Below are positions 59,682 to 64,000 of a DNA stretch of 64,000 nt, one piece after another. The stretch covers positions 3,100,001 through 3,164,000 of the forward strand of contig OZ251225.1 in the NCBI GenBank assembly GCA_965240325.2, given 5' to 3'. The translations under genes and the position numbers were made by a program. This DNA is from Rebecca billardiae RCC1528. Lineage: Eukaryota > Protista > Haptophyta. The notes under the pieces were generated by a model that saw only the letters and a list, made by a program, of their open reading frames with translations, was not told where the DNA came from and searched no databases. Every line of letters begins with the position of its first letter. The stretch's first letter is position 1.

Positions 59682-60989
59682 ATGAGTGCTGTGCTCATCA
59701 CGAGGGCGGTGCTCGTCGCGCTGGCGGGAGTAGCCTGCGCAGGCGTGACGTCTCGCCCCGGGACTGCTCTCGTCGTGTTTAGGTGGAGGAGCCGGCACAC
59801 CTCGGGGTTTGCGCCGCCGTACGACCTCCCACACGAGGAGTTGCGGAGCCTCGTGAGCGCGGAGTGCGGGGAAATGCTGCAGCTCGAGCCGGCGGCGCAC
59901 GATGGCGAGCAACTGTGCTGGGCGCGAGGCGTCGAGCTCGCTGCATTGAGGCGAGCGTGCGAGCGCGCGATCATGGTGCACGCCGGGTATGTCGTCAGCT
60001 CATGCTCGAGCAGCTCGCTTGAGGATGCGGTGGCAGCTCCATGCGACTCGCGCGCGCTCGAGATTGTGGATTTGGAGAGCGCGCACAACACGCGGGAGAC
60101 GTTGGAGCAGCTGCGCCTCCGCGTGGAGGCGGCACAGCACACGCTGCGACCTGGCCCTGCTAGCCGGGAGCCGTCGCCCTCCGTCCTGCTCATTGCAGCC
60201 GGAGAGGGCGCTCGGCACCACCTCTACGCGCTTGGTGACTTGCTAGCTATTGGACTCGCCGGTGGGAAAGGCGCTCCCGGACGCACGACCCGGCGACGCC
60301 GCGGTGGGATTCTCGGCCAGTTTGCACTGGATCGGCGCCCGCACGTCGCCAAGACGACCATGGAGCCCGAGCTTGGCTTCCTGATGAGCAACCTGGCGGG
60401 GGTGCGTCCGGGGGCGCGGGTGCTGGACCCCTGCTGCGGCGCATGCGGGCTGCTGCTGTGTGCCGCGGCGCAGGGCGCCTCGTGGACGGTTGGCGTCGAC
60501 TGCGATGGCTCGTCTTTCGACGGCGCGCGGCTTGCATTCGACGAGTACGGGCTGCCACGACCTGCGCTCTGCGTCGCCGATGCGACCGATCCTGCAGGGT
60601 GTGAGGCACTCTGCCGCCACAGCCACTACGATGCCCTCCTCTGTGATCCGCCGTATGGCATGCAAGCGGCGCCGCGCGGCGCAGGTGCGTCGGGGTCGCT
60701 AGCACCTGGCGAGGCGGCAGTGCACGTTCCAGCACTGCTGCGCGGCCTGCTACGGCTTGCGGCTGATGCCCTTGTCCCCTCAGGGCGCATCGTCTTCTTT
60801 CTACCTGCGCGGCTCGAGGCGACGGTGCGGCCCGTGGAAGAGCTGCTTGGGCCGCTCCTGCCTGAGGCAGCACCCGGGGTGCCTCACGACGAGGCAGCAG
60901 ACGGCGCGTGCCTCCAACTGGTTTGCGCTCGCAAGCAGCGCTTCAGCGAGACCTTTGCGCGCTGGCTGGTTGTGATGCAGAAGTGCTGA
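59682..60989 (+). CDS. Trm11-like SAM-dependent RNA (guanine-N2) methyltransferase with signal-peptide-like N-terminus
   Basis: R.HVAKTTMEPELGFLMSNLA, VLDPCCG.CGLL, YDALLCDPPYG, L.PSGRIVFFLP, R.LVVM.K. Confidence 0.75.
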   Translation: MSAVLITRAVLVALAGVACAGVTSRPGTALVVFRWRSRHTSGFAPPYDLPHEELRSLVSAECGEMLQLEPAAHDGEQLCWARGVELAALRRACERAIMVHAGYVVSSCSSSSLEDAVAAPCDSRALEIVDLESAHNTRETLEQLRLRVEAAQHTLRPGPASREPSPSVLLIAAGEGARHHLYALGDLLAIGLAGGKGAPGRTTRRRRGGILGQFALDRRPHVAKTTMEPELGFLMSNLAGVRPGARVLDPCCGACGLLLCAAAQGASWTVGVDCDGSSFDGARLAFDEYGLPRPALCVADATDPAGCEALCRHSHYDALLCDPPYGMQAAPRGAGASGSLAPGEAAVHVPALLRGLLRLAADALVPSGRIVFFLPARLEATVRPVEELLGPLLPEAAPGVPHDEAADGACLQLVCARKQRFSETFARWLVVMQKC

Positions 60990-61446
60990 CGATGATCCGC
61001 GGGTTGTGAGCAGACTGCAGTATCACTTCTGCTGAGACTGATGAGTAACTTCGACTCGCCTGCTGACGAAGGCTGAACTCGGCTGCCGCTGTGAGTGTGA
61101 CATGCTGAGTCCTCCGGTCCGCTCGGACGGCCTGATGCCGGCGGCCGATATGATCGGCCGATCGGCGAGCAGGCTGCTATCCGACCGGCGGACAGCCAGC
61201 CTCACTTGAAGCAGTCTCAGTCGTCACGCGTCGTCATCATTGATGATGACCTAGACCGTCGTCATCATCAAGCACTGAGCACAGCTGAGCCTGAGTGACG
61301 CATATAACGCGAGGCGCCGAGGCAGTCACTCGGGCCGAGTCCGAACGGTAACGACATACGCGCAGTCTCTGCTGGCACTTGCTTCTCATGTGCGATGTCT
61401 GCCCTGCAACGAGTCTTCGCATGCGCCACCCTCGGAGCCAGCTCGC

Positions 61447-62082
61447 TCACTGCGACGAGACTCCCGATGGCTCGCTGAGCGCGTCGAGCTGCTGCTGGAC
61501 GAGGTCGAGCTTTGCGAGCAGGTCGTGCAGTCCATCACGATCGACATACATGCTCACGTGCTCCGTCGGCGCATCTGCGCCCGCGCCCGAGGCAAGGTTG
61601 AGCTGCAGGAGCGCGCCCGGCGAACGCCTGGGCCCCGTGCTGCTGTCCATGGCGTGGACATGTGCTTGCCAGTCAACAGAGAGCAGCGTGCGCTGCTGAG
61701 GCAGGGGCAAATCGCGCAGTCGTGCCCGCAGGCCAGAGCTCTCCGATTGCCACACCTCGCGCATCACGGCGGCGGCATCCGCGTGTAGGCCAGACGCGCA
61801 GAGCTGCGCCTCGAGGGAGTCTGCCCGCACTCCTGTCTGCGCTGCGCGCTCGAGCACGTGCGCGACGAGCTCGATGAGCGCATCCACGTCGGACGGGGCC
61901 CCACCCATCACGGCGCGGAGCTCGTCTAGCTCGGAGTCGGAGAATGGTGGCCTGTCACGCACATGCAGGGTATCTGCCACGCGCTTGACCACCACGCGTA
62001 GCTTCGCAGGGGCCAAGCGCGACAGAACAACCAGTCCTGGAGCGAGCTTTTCCTCCACGAGCGGGGGCGGCGGCGGCGCCAT
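61447..62082 (-). CDS. COMMD10: COMM domain-containing protein, most like COMMD10
   Basis: PFSDSELDEL, HVLERAA, L.SVDW..H, LLQL, L.DL..KLD.VQ.QLDAL. Confidence 0.75.
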   Translation of the reverse strand: MAPPPPPLVEEKLAPGLVVLSRLAPAKLRVVVKRVADTLHVRDRPPFSDSELDELRAVMGGAPSDVDALIELVAHVLERAAQTGVRADSLEAQLCASGLHADAAAVMREVWQSESSGLRARLRDLPLPQQRTLLSVDWQAHVHAMDSSTGPRRSPGALLQLNLASGAGADAPTEHVSMYVDRDGLHDLLAKLDLVQQQLDALSEPSGVSSQ

Positions 62083-62321
62083 CGTTCGTCACGTGTGATG
62101 TGATAGGCTGATAGCCAGCAAGTTTTCATCAGCGCACGATGAGTCGATGACGAAATGAAAATGAATTTAATGATGTCGTGATGGTGAGCAGCCGCCCCGC
62201 GGGCCCGGCCGGTGTGCAGCCTGCAGAGTGCAGGGCGCAGGCGGACCCGTCGCGGCTAAGTCTACTAGTAGCTAGAAGTGTTAGTGTCAAGATTAGCTCA
62301 GTCGACAAATGGATCAGTCGC

Positions 62322-64000
62322 TCAACCCGCACCCTGAAATGACGCGAATTCATCCAACCTGATCGTCTGCGTCGGCGGCATGATCAAGTCCTCGTTCACC
62401 TGCGCACCCGGCGGCGTGAAGGCGGCGGTGGTGGTGGTGCGGTCAGCCCGCGCACACGCGCGCCGCCGCAAGCGCGCTCCCCGCGTGCGAGCTCCGGCCC
62501 GGGCCGCACGAGTGGCGCGGCGACGAGTGGCGCGGTGCGCCACGGCACGCACCTTCGCGGCGAGGTATTGGTTCAGCAGCGCTTTGAGCTCGTTGTTCTG
62601 CGTGTTGAGCCCCGACACGTCCTGAATTTTGTGCGAGCGCGACAGCAGCAGCTCGTTGTACTTTTGCAGCGACTTCTCCAGCGCCTGCGGCGCGGCGCGC
62701 AGGGGCACGCTCGGTATCCGGCGCCACGCGCGCAGGCACGCGGCGGTGGCGCCCCGCGCGCGCGCGCACCGTCCACACGCGCGCCGTCTTGTCCGAGATG
62801 ATCCCGGCCATGCGGTTCCAAAACTCGACCTCCTCTCGGCTCGGGCCGGGCTGCTCGTCGGCCGCGTGCTTCTTGGCGGCGTGCTGCTTGCCGCGCGCCG
62901 CGTCCGCGCGGCGCTGGTGGTCCTCAACGAACGCCTTGATCGCCTTGATCGCGTCGTTCGGGTGGATGAGCTCGGCGTTGTCCGCGTCGGCCAGGAAGTA
63001 GGAGAGCAGCTTCTCGACGTCGGCCGCGTTCTCGACGCCGAGCACCTTGAGGATCGAGTCGATCTTGAGCAGGTTCTGCTCGTCGAGCGGCAGCGGATCG
63101 AGCAGCTTCTGCACCTTGGCCTCGACGAGGAAGTTGGCCTCGTCGCACAGGAGCTCGAGCATGCGCTTGATCTGCTCGTTGTCCATCTGCGCGTGCGAGA
63201 GCGGGCCCTCCTCCTGGTCGGTCGGCGCGACGACGATCGCCGCCTGGTCCGCCTCGGCGCCGTCCTGGAAGATCTGCTCCGAGGGTGGGTACCAGTTGAG
63301 GCCGAGCTGCTGCTCGTGGATCACCTTGTCCGCCTGCAGCACCTTGCGCATCAGCTCGGTGATCTCCTGCTCGTGCATGTTCCACAGGTCGCGGTACCGC
63401 CGCGTGTCCGCCTGCTCGAAGTGGTGGAACTTGCCCTGCAGCTCTTTGAACTGCTCGGTCAGCCGCTTGAACTCGTCGGTGAGCTCGGCGTTCTCCGCCT
63501 TGAAGCGGCGGTCCTCCTTGGCGTACTTGGCCTTGAGCCCCGAGAGCACGTCCTGCGCGCCGCGGCCGGGGGCGGCGGGGGCACGCGGGTTCGGCCGGGC
63601 GGCGAGGCTCGGGCGCGGCTGAGCGGCCCGCCTCGCCGCTCGGCGCGGCTCGGCGCGGCTCGGCTCGGGCGCGCGCGCGCGCGCGTGCCTGCAGCCGGGC
63701 GATCTTGCGCTTCTGCTGCTGGATGGTGGTGGTGTTCTCCTGGTCGCGCTCCTGCAGCACGCGGTAGTTGTAGTCGAGCTTCTCCGAGTTGAGCTGGTAC
63801 GTCGCGCGCATCTCCTCGAGGTCCTGCTCCAGCGTCTGGATCTCGGTCTCCAGCCGGATCTTGAGGATCGCGTAGTCCTCCGCGTCCTGCACGCGCTGCT
63901 TGTCGAGCCGGCGCTGGTCCTCCTCCGCGCGCGCCTGCCTGTTCTCGAGGAAGCGCACCTCGAGGTTCTGCCGCTTCTCCATCAGCTTGGAGAGCTCGAG
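62322..64000 (-). CDS. DRC1: Dynein regulatory complex subunit 1 (CCDC164), partial (5' end outside window); at least 3 introns
   Basis: DAEDY..LKI.LET.IQ.LEQ.LEEMRATYQLN.EKLDYN.RVL.ERD.EN; ADKVIHEQQLGL.W; QN.ELK.LLNQYL. Confidence 0.93.

Noticed and set aside
61030-61085. CTGATGAG followed by a small stem, resembling a hammerhead ribozyme (also CTGAAGA at the LTR minus-strand end)
   Set aside because: No GAAA after stem II and no closing stems; TGATGA/CTGA words are common in these spacers, so C/D snoRNA calls are also unsupported

Overview
Very GC-rich eukaryotic nuclear DNA with short spliceosomal GT-AG introns. The flagellar genes (CFAP46, DRC1), signal-peptide-led plastid-type enzymes and GC-rich introns suggest a flagellated alga with a complex plastid, plausibly a haptophyte (inference). 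About 20 protein genes are present, most in tight head-to-head pairs separated by 97-200 bp. AT-richer spacers between the pairs hold mobile DNA: a 5'-truncated, frameshifted LINE (RT + RNase H) interrupted by a 1.48-kb non-autonomous LTR element with a 5-bp TSD, a 340-bp-arm foldback, several MITE-like inverted-repeat elements, a CACAGT-ended element in (TA)n, and decayed pseudogenes. The best candidates for new biology are (1) a partial TIR-like domain / transmembrane / C-type lectin receptor at the left edge, (2) a membrane histidine-kinase-like protein whose receiver domain appears circularly permuted, and (3) signal-peptide-bearing versions of normally cytosolic enzymes (PNGase, Trm11-like). 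No rRNA, tRNA or CRISPR array was found. All calls come from reading motifs by eye; no database searches were run.
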